Shown in pieces: positions 1-13,280 of a DNA stretch of 64,000 nucleotides. Positions within the stretch are counted from its first letter, which is position 1. Every line of letters begins with the position of its first letter. The notes below the pieces were generated by a model. That model saw nothing but the letters and a program-made list of their open reading frames with translations, had not been told where the DNA came from and searched no databases. A program made the position numbers and the translations under genes. Source of the DNA: Eledone cirrhosa (Eukaryota); assembly GCA_964016885.1 (NCBI GenBank), contig OZ024740.1, positions 423,460,001-423,524,000 on the forward strand, read 5' to 3'.

Positions 1-965
1 CTATATGCCATAAGTTTGTCCTGGAGAAAAAGGCCAAAAATCTTATTCCCAGAGACAAGAAAATCCTTATGAGATGAAGAACTAAGATCTCAAACCTGTT
101 AAATATACAACAGAAAAACAAGAAGGAACTCTATCTGAAACAGGCAGTACTTGAAATTGAAACTGCGCTCAAACTTTCCCATGAGAAGGAGAGGGCAGAG
201 AAAAAAGCCAGGGCCATAGAAAATATTAAAACAAACCCTAAGGCCTTCTTTAAATTTGCAAAAGAAAACTGCTTCGGTACACTGCAAGATTGGGCCACTC
301 CTCCATAAAGATGGTTTATTAACCGAGGATCCCCAAGGGATAAATGAAATACTGAATGAACAGTTCAAAAGTGTGTTCACACCTCCACTGAGGCACATGC
401 AAATGACAAAGCCAGAGGATTTCCTTGATGCCACAACACTCCATGAAGAAATGGCGACCACCAACCACAGACATAATGGAGGAAGATGTGATATTCACCA
501 TAGACAAAATTAGAACAAGTTCAGCTGCTGGACCTGATGGGTTCCCAGCAGTCCGCCTAAAAACATGTAAGCGTGCTTTAGCAACTCCACTGAAAATCCT
601 CTTCAGAAGTTCTTTGGCTTACAGTAAACTACCCAGAGAACACAATATGCCTTATCCATAAAGGAGGAAGCAGAGCTGTTACAACACTGGGTACTAAAGC
701 AACCTCTGGACAGCTCACATGTGTACATGATATATCTTGACATTGTGAAGGCCTTTGACAACTACACTCAGCATAACTGGAAAAGTAGGTGAGAGGCTGC
801 ATGATTTCTTAAAAGACAGAAGCCAGACAGTTGAAGCCAATGGAGTCCTCTCAAAGGAAACATCAATAACAAGTGGGGTGCCCCAGGGCACAGTCTTGGG
901 ACCACTACTGTTTTTGGTGGCTCTCTCAGACATGCTCTCTGTAGTACACACAACATCCCTCACTA
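1..965 (+). mobile_element. Degenerate CR1/L2-group LINE ORF2 (RT) fragment
   Basis: Broken frames carry SAAGPDGFPAVRLK and TSGVPQGTVLGPLLFLV; ends at (TA)n/(TAA)n; same type as 31860-34298. Confidence 0.8.
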
Positions 966-967
966 GC

Positions 968-1093
<126 letters not shown>

Positions 1094-1275
1094 ACGCTTT
1101 TTGGAACGCTTCAAAAGGCATGCTTGCTGGGAACAGCAAGAACCCTCCGATACGTCCTGAATATCTGAGGCTGCAGGTAGTGGCTTGATATTCATCTCAA
1201 CAAACTTTCCAGTTAACTAACATCAATGACTGAGACTCAAAGAGTAATAACAATAATAATAATAGTAATAATAAT
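1094..1275 (+). mobile_element. Short 3'-end copy of the Dong/R4 element with (TAA)n tail
   Basis: Near-identical to 3786-3965 (LQKACLLGTARTLRYVLNI stop plus 3' UTR). Confidence 0.9.
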
Positions 1276-3933
1276 ACATTAGAAAGCTTGAGTCCCTACT
1301 GAATGGGACACTAAAAAACATAGACACTAAAAATAGACTGGAAATAAAGTACAAAACTAGGAGGAAAAAGCTAAATATTATCATAGAGGAACTGAAGCAA
1401 CGCATTGTAGCAAAGAGTGCAAAAATCAGGCGATACGAGAACAGAGTCAGTCAGTATAGACAGAACCGCATGTTCGACAACAACCAGAAGATGCTGTTTG
1501 GACAGCTTGAAAGGAAAGAAAGAGGCAACGACTTGATCCCTGAGGCGGAACAAACTAAAGCATTCTGGAGAGGAATATGGGAGCAGGATGTTAAACATAA
1601 TGACCAGGCAGTGTGGATTGAGACAGTACAGAAGGAGATCAGTGAACAGGCACACCAACAAACTGATTTGAGTATCACAGTTGAAACTCTTAAGGGGCAG
1701 GCCAAAAAACTAACCAACTGGAGATCGCCAGGCCCAGATGGTGTGCAGGGGTATTGGATTAAAAATATAACATCCCTCCACCCGAAACTGACAACCATGT
1801 TCAATGACTGCTTGATGTCAGGTGAGGTACCAGAGTGGTTGACAAAAGGTACCACAGTTCTGATAATGAAAGACCGAATCGAGGATAATGATGTTACCAA
1901 CTATAGACCTATCACATGTCTGTCCGTAATGTGGAAACTGTTGACAAGCATTATGTCTGAGGAAATCTACCATCACCTCCACACAAACAACTTGTTACCG
2001 GACGAACAGAAAGGATGCCGAAAGAAGTCCCGTGGTACAAAGGACCAGTTACTTATTGATAAGATGGTAATGAGGAATTGCAAGAGGAGACACACTGGTC
2101 TTGACATGGGATGGATAGACTACAAAATGGCATTTGACATGTTGCCTCATTCTTGGATCACCAAAAGCGTAGAGATCTTCAGGGTGGCAGATAACATCAG
2201 ACAGTTGTTGGGCAAAAGTATGAAGTCCTGGGAAACAGAGTTAACATCAGCTGGAGAATCCTTGGGAGGCGTGAAGATCAAGAGAGGTATCTTCCAGGGA
2301 GATAGTCTGTCCCCTCTGGTGTTTGTCCTTGCCCTGATGCCCCTGACCATTATACTGCGAAAAGTGAGAGCAGGATACAAGTTGGGAAAGGGAGAGCTTA
2401 CCATCAATCACCTCCTCTTCATGGACGATCTTAAGCTCTTCGGGAAGAGTGAGAAGGAGTTGGATGTGCTCGTTGACACTGTCCGTATTTTCAGCAATGA
2501 TATATGTATGCAATTTGGTATTAGTAAGTGTGGAGTCCTTGTGATGAAGAGGGGTAAATTGAGCAGAAGTAACGGAATCCAGGTACCAACAGGTGAGATG
2601 ATAAAGGAAATTGACACTGAGGAGGGATACAAGTATTTGGGTGTTCTGGAGGCTGATGACATCAAGAACAAAAAAATGAAGGAATTGATAAGAACTGAAT
2701 ACATTCAGAGAGTAAGGAGCGTATTAAAGTCACATCTGAACAGTAGGAATGCCATAAGTGCAGTAAATTCCCGAGCTGTGTCTATTATTAGGTACAGTGC
2801 AGGAATTCTGAGATGGAATGTTACTGAACAAAAAGAAATGGATAGGAAGACTAGGAAGCTATTGACTATCTACAACATGTTCCACAAAAGGAGTGATGTC
2901 GATAGACTCTACTTAAGGAGATCTGAAGGTGGAAGAGGTCTTATCAGCATAGAGGACTGTGTTCAGATGGAGAAAAACAACCTACACAAATACGTGACTG
3001 ATAGTAAGGAGCCAATGCTCAGAACTGTACTGAAGGAGAGGACAATGGACCAGGGGATGTCCAAGGAGGAAATAACAACAAGGAGAAAGAGCAGCCTTCA
3101 GGAAAAATCCCTTCATAGTACCTTCTTTGAGAAAACTGAATTCAGAGGTCCACAGACATGAAACTGGTTGAAAAGAGGAGACCTTAAAAAGGCTACAGAA
3201 GGAATGCTAATGGCTGCGCAAGAGCAGGCCCTCAAAACGAAGTGGTTGAAACACCATATCTACAAGGAGGAGGCTAGCCCACTGTGCAGGATCTGTGGAG
3301 AGAGAGAGAGGAGACTGTGGCTCACATTGTATCCGAGTGTAAACACCTAGCCCAGACCCACTATAAGGGCTGGAGACATGATGTGATGGGCAGGGTGATC
3401 CACTGGCACCTGTGCAAAGTAAACAATTTACCACATTCTGAGAAGTGGTATGAGCATAAGCCAGAGTCGGTGATAGAAAACGATCAGGTGAAGGTGCTGT
3501 GGGATTTTAGGATACAGACGGACAAGAAACTGGACCACAATAGACCTGACCTGGTGGTTGTGGACAAATAAAAAAGATCGTGCCTGATTGTGGATGTGGC
3601 CTGCCTATTCGACACGAGAGTGCAAGAGAAGGAGAGGGAGAAAATTAACCGATACCAGGATTTAAAGTGGGAGGTAAAAAGGATTTGGAACTGCCATGAA
3701 GTCAAAGTGGTCCCGATTGTCATAGGCGCACTAGTACTATCTCAAAAAGTTTCCAGGGATGGTTGAAGAAAATTGGCCCCTTCATGCTTTTTGGAACGCT
3801 TCAAAAGGCATGCTTGCTGGGAACAGCAAGAACCCTGCGATACGTCCTGAATATCTGAGGCTGCAGGTAGTGGCTTGATATTCATTTCAACAAACTTTCC
3901 AGTTAACTAACATCAATGACTGAGACTCAAAGA

Positions 3934-3964
<31 letters not shown>

Positions 3965-3965
3965 T
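1276..3965 (+). mobile_element. 5'-truncated R4/Dong-clade non-LTR retrotransposon (RT + CCHC + restriction-like endonuclease), disrupted
   Basis: ORF 1470-3161 has NYRPITCL, GIFQGDSLSP, HLLFMDDLKLF; downstream CRICG..ETVAHIVSEC, RHD, HNRPDLVVVDK; stop at 3159-3161 and frameshift in a (GA)n run near 3300; (TAA)n on both sides. Confidence 0.9.
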
Positions 3966-4247
3966 GATTTCTTTATTAGCCACAAGGGCTGACATCAAGA
4001 AAAATATCACAGACGGAACAGGACGGTATGATGTGGGTTTTGTGCGTGTAAATATTTTTATTATTTATATAAGAAAAGAAAAAAAAGACATAAAACATAT
4101 ATATAAACAATAAAATGAAAATTGAAACAATGAAAAATTCCCCAATAGGGGGGAAACCTCCGAGGGTTACTCGTGGCGAAAAGCACACAAAAGACAACGG
4201 CCACCCTGACTACCAGGGCAAGCGCCCTCTCTCAATTTTTCCATCTC

Positions 4248-7200
4248 TCAAACTACAGACGTATATTCAGAGTGGTCCCGTTCACTCGCTACATTCACCC
4301 ACCTTTCAACAAACTTGCTAGAAAGCAGCACTTTCCTCTCCACCCTGATTTTCCTCTTCAAGTGAAACTTGAAAAAGCTAATTAGGAATTCGCCGAAGAG
4401 GAAAGTGTTTGTCTTTAATCCTTTTAACCTTGTCCACCACACAATCTCTTTCGCCATGGCCACCAGGCAGATGAAAACCGCCTGCCCTTCCTCCTCGAAG
4501 GAAGACGGCGAGACCATCTGCACAATGGACTCAGTCGACAACCGGATCAGTGCCACACGTGACAGCAACTGTTCGACATAGCTCCACAAGTCAGCAATGC
4601 TCGGGCACTGAACGAGTGCGTGCACAACGGTTTCGTCGCTATGCGCGCATCTCGGACAGGCTCGGCTGACGGCACTTCCGTGCCTGTAGAGCTTATCTCG
4701 AACCGGCAACGCTCCCCGGTAGCACTTCCAGGCCAGGGATTTTTGGAAGTTATCCATAGGCCCGGGCTGAAAGTTCTCCGGAAGAGAGCAAACAGCTGAT
4801 CTTCTTCGACGCCCAGGATCTCTCCGAGAATGTCGTCGCTCTTCCCCTCCACTAGTCCTCTATAGAACGCCGAGGTGGATGTTCCACTGATACTGGTGCC
4901 CAACTGGGAGAGGGCAGTGAGCGCCTGGAGACATTCCAGTTTCCAAGCGCTATCCCTCGGTCTTTTTCTGACCCAGGACTGCAGCTCTGTCAAGGAGACG
5001 AGCTGTGGGACAATGTGCATGGCGAACGGCGACCACACCCGTTCACCATCAAGGAAGCACCAGATATGTCGCAGCCTCAGCGCATGTTTGCGCATCATCA
5101 GCCATGGCATGCCCAGTCCTCCACGCAACGGGTGTTGACAGCAGATGGATCGTCTGACCATGGGAGCGCGTCCCTTCAACAAAAAGCGGAAGAGGAGGCG
5201 CTCCATTTTGGTGAGAGTTGGGCTGGAGCAAGGGACGACGGTGAGGCGGTAGCAGATGACGGATGCGATGTACGCATTCGCCACTTCCGCCCGGCCTTTC
5301 AGGGACAGCTTCCTCTCAGACCATTTCTGGGTGAGAGAGGCCACCCTGGTCGTCACTTCGTTCCAGTTTTTCTCCATCTGGAGGTCCGGTCCGAACCAGA
5401 CCCCGAGCAATTTAACCGGTCCGTCCGTCCAACGCCTCACGACGCTGTCGGACGGCATGGACTTGCCTCTCCAGGTGCCTAGCTGCAAGCCCACCGACTT
5501 TTCCTGGTTTATCTTTGCTCCTGTCACCGCTTCGTATTCCTTGAGAGCAGTGCCGAGCATCTGGACGTGTCTGGTGCTCGACACCACCACGGTGACGTCG
5601 TCAGCGTAAGCCGACTCGGATTTTCCGCATCCTAGTTCGCGTGGGACGCCCCTCATCGCCCCCAGTTTGTGCAGTAACGGCTCGAGAGCCAATACGTACA
5701 AGAGGGACGAGAGGGGACAACCCTGGCGGACTGAACGCATGATGCTGAACGGCTGCGACAGGTGACCGTTCACCCTCACAACTGAGCAGACGTCGCTGTA
5801 CATTGCTGCGATCCAACCTCTGAAAACGGGCCCGAAACCGGCTGCCTCGAGGACCGCGGCCATGTACCGATGGTCGACCCTATCGAATGCTTTGGATTGA
5901 TCCAAGTTGATCAGGGCCCTACCCTTGCCAGGTTCCTTAACCACCCTCTCTATGATGTATCGCATGAGGTGGAGGTTGTCGTGTATGGATCTGTCCGGAA
6001 TGGCGCATGTCTGCGCCTGTCCCACCAGACCCTTGACGACAAGCGCCAACCTCGTTGCTAACACCTTGGCCAAAATCTTGAACTCTGCGTTTAGCAGGGT
6101 CATGGGCCTGAAATTATCAATAACATCCCCCTTGTTCGGGTCTTTTCTCAGCAGCTCCACTGCTCCCCGGCTCACAAAACTGGGAATGCTTCCGTTCTGC
6201 TGCCAGTTGCAGTAGACGTCTGCCAAGAGGTCACCGAACAAGTCTGGCATAAATGCATAAAGCTCGTAGAGCAGACCATCTAAACCTGGCGATTTACCCC
6301 TTGTGCAGTTAGCCATCGCTTACCGTATTTCACCGGCTGTTATTGGCTTTTCGCAACACTGTGCTGCGGTCGTCGAGAGCCGAGGCAGTCCGTTGAGGTA
6401 TATCCCCGATCCGGGCCGCCGCCGCTCCCGAACAGTTCAGCAAAGTGCTGCTGAAAAGCTTCACACATCCGCTCGGGTTCGAGCATCACGCACCCGTTTT
6501 GGTCAGACAAAGACCAAATTGTGGCTTTCTTGCCACGTCGCGCCTCTGCCACCCGGGCCCATTCGGCTTTTGTCCCCTCGTGTTTCAGAGCACGCGCTCT
6601 AGCTCTGACAACGCAGCCTTCGTGTTTTGCGTTGAAGAATTGGTCGCGTGCCAATCTCGCCGCAAGCACGTCGGTTGCGATGCCTGTCCTAAACGCCTCT
6701 TCTAGCTTTCTGACTAGCTCTCCCTTTACTCTATTTTCCTCTATCACTACTCCTTTGCTAAACCTTATCGACTATACTTTAATTGCCCTTTTCAGGGCGA
6801 ACCACCACCTGTTGTTGACGACCGCTCCCGTCAACGCCCGCTTAACTAATACGCTAATCCGGTCTCTGTAGGCCTTGCGCGCCGGGAAAGACGCGTTCAG
6901 CTTCCAGTAACCAGGCCCTTGTCTATGAAGTCTGTCTATGTCGATCTCACAGTTCACAAATTTGTGGTCTGTGTAGTCGACTATTTTAAATTGTGGACAA
7001 CTTATACTAGCCTTATCTAGTTCCCTGCAGAATACCCTATCTAGATACGATTTGGATGACCCGATGCGGTTTGTCCATGTCCACATTGGCACATTCGGGT
7101 GATCCAGTCGATACCTGTCAGACAGTTAAAAACCTCTGAGCAGGTTGGTGAGGCTCTTGCACCCTCCTCCCCTATCCACTAGCCCCACACGATCTCAGCG

Positions 7201-7644
7201 TGCATCCAAGATACCGTTCCAGTCGCCCACTAACACTAAAGAGCGGGACGTTCCAAGAAAGGTCTCTAGACGTCTGAAGAAATCTGGCCGTCCTGCCCCT
7301 GTTGGGGCGTAGACGGCAACTAGCTTGAAAGCATTGCCTTCGCTGCCGGTCACGTCCAGCACCACCGACTTACCTTCTGGGTCCAGGAAGATGGCCCGTA
7401 TCGCGAGATCCAAGCCTCTCCGAAAAAGGACGGCAACCCCTCCCCCCGATCCTGGACGGCTGGGAGATGCGTATACATCGTAGCCGCCGAAGATCGGTGC
7501 GAAGGCCCGTGCCTCGGAGATATTGGTTTCACTGATGGCCACCACAACTATGTTTAGTGACCTGAGGTCATTGAGCAGGTGACCCTGCTTCCAAGATGAC
7601 CCCAGGCCACGTGCATTTTTACTGCCTATTCTGAGTACAGCCAT
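4248..7644 (-). pseudogene. Tx1 ORF2 (APE endonuclease, RT, C-terminal zinc motif), several frameshifts and stops
   Basis: VAISET, LVGDWN, YLDRVF, YTDHK (APE); GKSPGLDG, RQGCPLS, AYADDV (RT); CPRC..ETVVHALVQC. Confidence 0.9.
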
Positions 7645-7676
7645 GTTGGATGAGAAACGGGGCAAATGAGAAAGGG

Positions 7677-9755
7677 TCACTTACCTTGTTCGTGTGGTGA
7701 AGGGACAGTAGAACCGTCCCTTTCGCTGGTCATGGGTGTTTCCAAGAGGATGTCAGTGTATATCCTCTTGGTAACCGACCCTCTGAAGTCTCCAACTGCG
7801 TTGGTGAATTTTTGTTTTAAAGGTTTGTATTGTTCTATTGAGATTTCGATGATGCTTATGTTTGTTGGGAGATTTCTTGGTGTTGGTGGGGTGTAGTAGT
7901 TTTTTTCCGTGATGTCTGTGTGCTGCTTTATATATTTTATGAGTTCTTTTTTTGCTATGTTTATGGCTGTGTACTTTTTGGGGGGAGGGGTGATTTTGTT
8001 GCCGTTTTCTTCTTGTTGCTGTTTGGTGTGTGTGTCTTGTTGTGTTTGCGTTGTTGGTGTTTGTGGTGGTGTTGCTGCAAGTTTCCTTGCTGCCTTTACC
8101 CCTCTTTGTATGCCTTCGCTTTTGGAGGGTGAATCTAAGGGTTTTTTTCTTTTTTCTTTTTTGTGGCAGACTGTTTGCCACGTCACTCCCGCCTCAAACT
8201 CCATGTCGAATTCTGTGGCGTCTGGGAGGGGTATGTGCTCCACGGCTGTTGGTGGTGGTAGTGGAGCCCTCTTCGGCAATTTTGTTGCTGGTGTAGCTAT
8301 TTCAAATGTAGCTATTGGTGTTGCCGCTACTGATGATGCTGCTTTAGTTATCCGTGGCCTTGGTACGGGTGCTACGGACGTTGCCCTCCTACTCACCGTG
8401 GAAGGGGCTTCTTCGTTTGTTGCCTGTCCTGCTCTTGGTAGCAGCGGACCAGGTATTGGAAGGAGAGGGGCCCTCTTCGGTGTCTTCTGCGGGCAAAAGG
8501 CCCTGAGGTGACCTTTCGACCCACAGAGATAACATTTTGGCCGTCTTCCTTCTACACTTATAGGGAGTTGGAGTCCTTCCTCGAAGTCTACGATACATTC
8601 CTGGTCAGTTTGTATAAGCATTTGCATGCCTATACCTGACCAGTTCTCTCTCCCTATTTTTTCTACTTGCAGCATGGTCGCCCTGTTCTCAATTCCAGCA
8701 AGGACAGACGCGGCCAGCCAAGGTATGGGCACGTCGGGTGGGACCTGGGTCACTTTGACCCTCACAATTTTCTGCCCGCAGTAGGAGGGCACCAAGACTA
8801 ACTCCCCACTCTTTAGGGTTTCCAAAGAGTGAGACTTTGCTTCCTGGGGGGTGGCGAAAAGTACGTCTACTGTGGCGTACTTTCTGCCTCAGATGATGTG
8901 GGTTTTGCGTGCCCAGACGCACCCCAAGGCCTTTTGGATTTGAGCCTCCGTGGCTCTCTTCACTCGATGTGAGATTTTGCTTACGGTGCGGTAAGTCACC
9001 GTCCGTAGCTGCTGGTCCTTGAAAAAATCGGGTGGAGGTTTCAGGGAAACTCTATTTGCGCTTCTTGTCACCATGGCCCTTGCGACTGCCATCTCCTCCT
9101 CTGTGACTAACACTGTCTCGATATTTCGGGCGACACCTGCAAAAGAAGTGGTCCCTTTTTCAGCAGCACCACTATTGCTGCCGCTACTGGTCTTACTGGT
9201 GGTGATGAGGTCGCTATTACAGGTATCGGTGTCATTGTTGTTCTTTTCGCTGGCACAGTTGTTGGTGTTGTTTTCGTTGATACTGTTGCTGCTGTTACTG
9301 TTATTGTGGCTGTTGTTATTATTGTTGTTTTTGTTGATACTGTTCCTACTGTTATTGTTGTTGTGGCTGTTGTTATTGTCATTGTTATTGTCGTTCTCGA
9401 CCTTACCGCTGTTATTTTTGTTATTGTCGTTCTCGACCTTACCGCTGTTATTTTTGTTATTGTTGTTCTCGACCTTACCGTTGTTATTTTTGTTATTGTC
9501 GTTCTCGACTTTACTGCTGTTATTTTTCGTGTTGTTGTTGGTGATGTTGTTGGTGTTATTGTTGGTGTTGTTTGTGTTAGAAATATTTGGTAGTTTTAAA
9601 TCTGTAACAATCTTTTTTTCCTTTGTAATATTTTCGTTTATATTTACCTCCGCTGGAACGCTGTCTTGTTGACATGCTGATAAAGTCTCCCTCTCTCTGT
9701 GTTGTCTGACAGTGCTCTCTCTCTTTCTTGTATTATCCATGTTGAAATTTTTCAA
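7677..9755 (-). pseudogene. Tx1 ORF1 (Asn-rich N-terminus, SFAGVA motif, single zinc knuckle), frameshifted near 8890
   Basis: ORFs 8889-9755 and 7677-8825; CYLCGSKGHLRAFC; TWQTVCHKKEKRKK basic motif; lies just upstream of ORF2. Confidence 0.8.
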
Positions 9756-9959
9756 AAAAATTATTTTTACACAAATACGAATACGACACCCCGTAAAGGA
9801 GTGCCGTATTATTTACTAGTGAACCCCTGTATTAGGTGGGTCACTTCTTCTAAACTTTTATCAAATTTAAAACTTGAATAAAAGGTTTAGAACGGTTGAA
9901 AAAGAGGTAAAACGTTGAAAAAGACTGGAGGCGATAAGAAGCGTGGCTTCACCAACAAC

Positions 9960-9992
<33 letters not shown>

Positions 9993-9993
<1 letters not shown>

Positions 9994-10942
9994 GTAATAA
10001 TAATAAATTTGAAGACTAAGGTAAGTATATGTTACCTGTATGTTTTGTGAAGGTACGTATACTTTCTCGTACGTATATTTGATTGTATATGTTATGGCGT
10101 ATATTTTTTATATATTCTGGTACATATGCTTTTGGTTATGTGTATACGTGAGTTTTGCGTCTGTGTGAGTATGCGGATTCGTACGTATGTTGGGTGTGTA
10201 TATGTGTTCTTCGTGTTTTGGTTGACTTACGTCTCCAAACATTTGTGTATTTACATGTAGGTATGTGTGTGCGCTTGTTATATACGTATTTATTTATTTA
10301 TATACGTTTATTTAATTATTTATTTATTTGTATACACGCACACACATATTTATATGTGCGTGGTTTTGTATACCTATGGTAAGTGTTTTCGCGCATGCTT
10401 GTGTATGTACGTATTTGTATGCGTGTATTTATTTATTTAATTTCTATTACCTCTGTATTGTATTTATTTACTTTATTCTTAACTCTGAAGCGGAGAATCA
10501 TTCGGTCTCCTAGTTAGAATTTTAGTCTACGACTTCTGCTATACCATTTACCTGGTTTTGTCTTTGCGTGCAATTGTTCTCCACGCTCCACATATGACGT
10601 ATTATCTTCGTCTTTTTCGTTCATTGCCAGAGAACGTCTCTATGAACCACCTAAGAGAACATTAGTCTACGACCTCTTTTATACCATAAACGTGGTTCTG
10701 TCTTTTCGCGTAATTGTTTTTCACCGCTCCTATTAATGACGTATTATATTCGTTTTTTCCCGCTCTTTGCCAGGGAACGTTTCCACGAACCAAAGTATCG
10801 TCTTCCTGTCTTCCTCCGGTTGCAACGTTTTTTGAAATATCCACTTCTGCGTTTACAGATTGACTTTGCTAGTTTCAGAAGATCCCGTTAAGGGTGAAAG
10901 CAGCGATTCTTTGCTTTAACTTTAATCTGTTATTTTAATAAA
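9993..10942 (+). mobile_element. Non-coding pLTR-like repeat of a PLE family (CAGAAGA-hammerhead family) with inverted tail at its 5' side
   Basis: Highly similar to 35041-35939; terminal block recurs at 28612-28885, 34591-34830 (-) and 41921-42018. Confidence 0.7.
10871..10921 (+). ncRNA. Type-I hammerhead-like fold with variant core CAGAAGA
   Basis: agttt-CAGAAGA-tccc gttaa gggt-GAAA-gca(9 nt)tgc-TT-taact. Confidence 0.45.
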
Positions 10943-11081
10943 TATATATATATATATATTTATTAAAATAACAGATTAAAGTTTTTTATTATTACTATAT
11001 ATATATATATAACAGATTAAAATTTATTATTATTACTATATATATATATATAACAGATTAAAATTTATTATTATTACTATA

Positions 11082-11275
11082 AGGGCGGTGGATTGGCAGT
11101 ATCGGTAGAGGGTTTGACGCCATGCTTTCCAGCATAGTTACGTCCCTTTATGATCTGAGTTCAAATACCGCCGAGGTTGACTTTGCCTTTCATCCTTACG
11201 GGGTCGATAAAATAAAGTACCAGTAATGCACTGGGTAATTGCTGGCCTTGTGCCTAAAGTAGAAACAATTATTAT

Positions 11276-11278
<3 letters not shown>
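11082..11278 (+). mobile_element. tRNA-derived SINE family 1
   Basis: A-box-like TGGCAGTATCGG, B-box GAGTTCAAATACC, central GCCTTTCATCCTTACGGGGTCGATAAAAT block (resembles Deu/Nin-type domain), (ATT)n tail; at least 7 copies in window. Confidence 0.8.
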
Positions 11279-11306
<28 letters not shown>

Positions 11307-11405
11307 CCCGTCCTTATGTACCGGAAGCTATCAACCACTTCTATAGAACCCACCTGCATTTGAAAAATGTGTCTATCAATGCGACTTCTACTGTCATATA
11401 TATAT

Positions 11406-12317
11406 GAGAGTAAATCTAGCTAAGACAAAAGTGTTGATGAGTAGAAAAGAGGACAAAACCCTGATTCCGTCAGGGAAATGGCCATGTTCGATATGTAGAA
11501 AAGGAACTGGCATAAATTCTATAAAATGCACACAATGCAGGTCCTGGGTACACAAGAGATGTAGCGGGATAGCAGGCAAACTAACAGGTAGGGAGAAATA
11601 TGTATGCAGTGGATGTACAGGGAAATTAGACAGTAGAAGTCGCATTGATAGACACATTTTTCAAATGCGAGAGGGCGCTATAGAAGTGGTGGATAGCTTC
11701 CGGTACCTAGGAGATCAGATTAGCATGGGAGGAGGGTGTTCCGAGGCCATAGTATCTAGAATAAGGACGGGTTGGAAGAAGTTTAGGGAGTTGCTTCCTC
11801 TGTTGACGAAGAAGGGTTTCTCCCTGCGTACGAAAGGCCGGTTGTATGATGCCTGTGTGAGGAGCGCGATGCTGCATGGTAGTGAGACATGGGCAGCAAC
11901 TGCAGAGGATATGCGACGGCTGGAGAGAAATGAGGCAAGCATGCTCCGTTGGATGTGCAGTGTAAATGTGCGTGAACGACCCAGCATAAATGTGTTGAGA
12001 GAGAAACTGTGTCTGAGAGGGATAGAATGTAGTGTAAGGGAGAGGAGACTGAGGTGGTATGGACATGTGATGCGCATGGAGGATGACCGATGGGTGAAGA
12101 AGTGCCAGGAAATGCCAGTTGAAGGAAGACGTGGTAGAGGTAGACCACGAAAAACATGGGCGGAGGTGGTGAGAACAGACCTCAGATCATTGAAGCTCAC
12201 GGTGGAGATGACGAGGGACTGTGACGAGTGGAGAGATGCTGTGCTGAATAAGACCCGTCCCACCCTTGCAAGCAGGGAAAAGCGGACGTAAAATGATGAT
12301 GATGATGATGATGATGA

Positions 12318-12320
<3 letters not shown>
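11406..12320 (+). mobile_element. 5'-truncated RTE-clade LINE, family RTE-a, with (GAT)n tail
   Basis: SGKWPCSIC..CTQC..WVHKRC, FRYLG, LHGSETW, RLRWYGHV, RGRGRPRKTW. Confidence 0.9.
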
Positions 12321-12390
<70 letters not shown>

Positions 12391-12393
<3 letters not shown>

Positions 12394-13254
12394 TCATCAT
12401 CATCATCATCATACGTCCGCTTTTCCCTGCTTGCAAGGGTGGGACGGGTCCTATTCAGCACAGCATCTCTCCACTTGTCACGGTCCTTCGTCATCTCCAC
12501 CGTGAGCTTCAGCGATCTGAGATCTGCTCTCACCACCTCCGCCCATGTTTTTCGTGGTCTTCCTCTACTACGTTTTCCTTCAACTGGCATTTCTTGGCAC
12601 TTCTTCACTCATCAGTCATCTTTCATGTGCATCACATGTCCATACCACCTCAGTCTCCTCTCTCGCACACTACAATCTATCCCTCTCAGACACAGTTTCT
12701 CTCTCAACACATCCATGCTCGGTCGTTCACACACATTGACATTGCACATCCATGCTTGCCTCATTTCTCTCCAGCCATCGCATGTCCTCTGCAGTTGCTG
12801 CCCATGTCTCACTACCATGCAGCATCATGCACCTCACACAGGCATCATATAACCGGCCTTTCGTACGCAGGGAGAAACCCTTCTTCATCAGCAGAGGAAG
12901 CAGCTCCCTAAACTTCTTCCAACCCGTCCTTATTCTAGATACTATTGCCTCGGAACACCCCCCTCCCATGCTAATCTGATCACCTAGGTACCGGAAGCTA
13001 TCAACCACTTCTATAGCGCCCTCTCGCATTTGAAAAATGTGTCTATCAATGCGACTTCTACTGTCAAATTTCTCTGTACATCTACTGCATACGTATTTCT
13101 CCCTACCTGTTAGTTTGCCTGCTATCCCACTACATCTGTACCCAAGATCTGCATTGTGTACATTTTATAGAATTTATGCCAGTTCCTTTTCTGCATATTG
13201 AACATGGCCATTTCCCTTATGGAATCAGAGTTGTGTCCTCTTTTCTACTCATAG
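12391..13254 (-). mobile_element. Second RTE-a copy, inverted, tail-to-tail with the first
   Basis: Reverse complement of about 11440-12320 with scattered substitutions and small deletions; (CAT)n tail. Confidence 0.9.
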
Positions 13255-13280
13255 TTATATATACATATATAGAGATATAT

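Larger units (their letters stand above)
3966..9953 (-). mobile_element. Apparently full-length Tx1/L1-clade LINE (about 6 kb), decayed
   Basis: 5' UTR, ORF1, ORF2 (APE-RT-CCHC), 3' end GCCCTTGTGGCTAATAAAGAAAT then (ATT)n; (AAT)n at both flanks. Confidence 0.88.

Noticed and set aside
11082-11175. Functional tRNA gene
   Set aside because: A and B boxes present but no clean cloverleaf; continues into SINE body and is multi-copy
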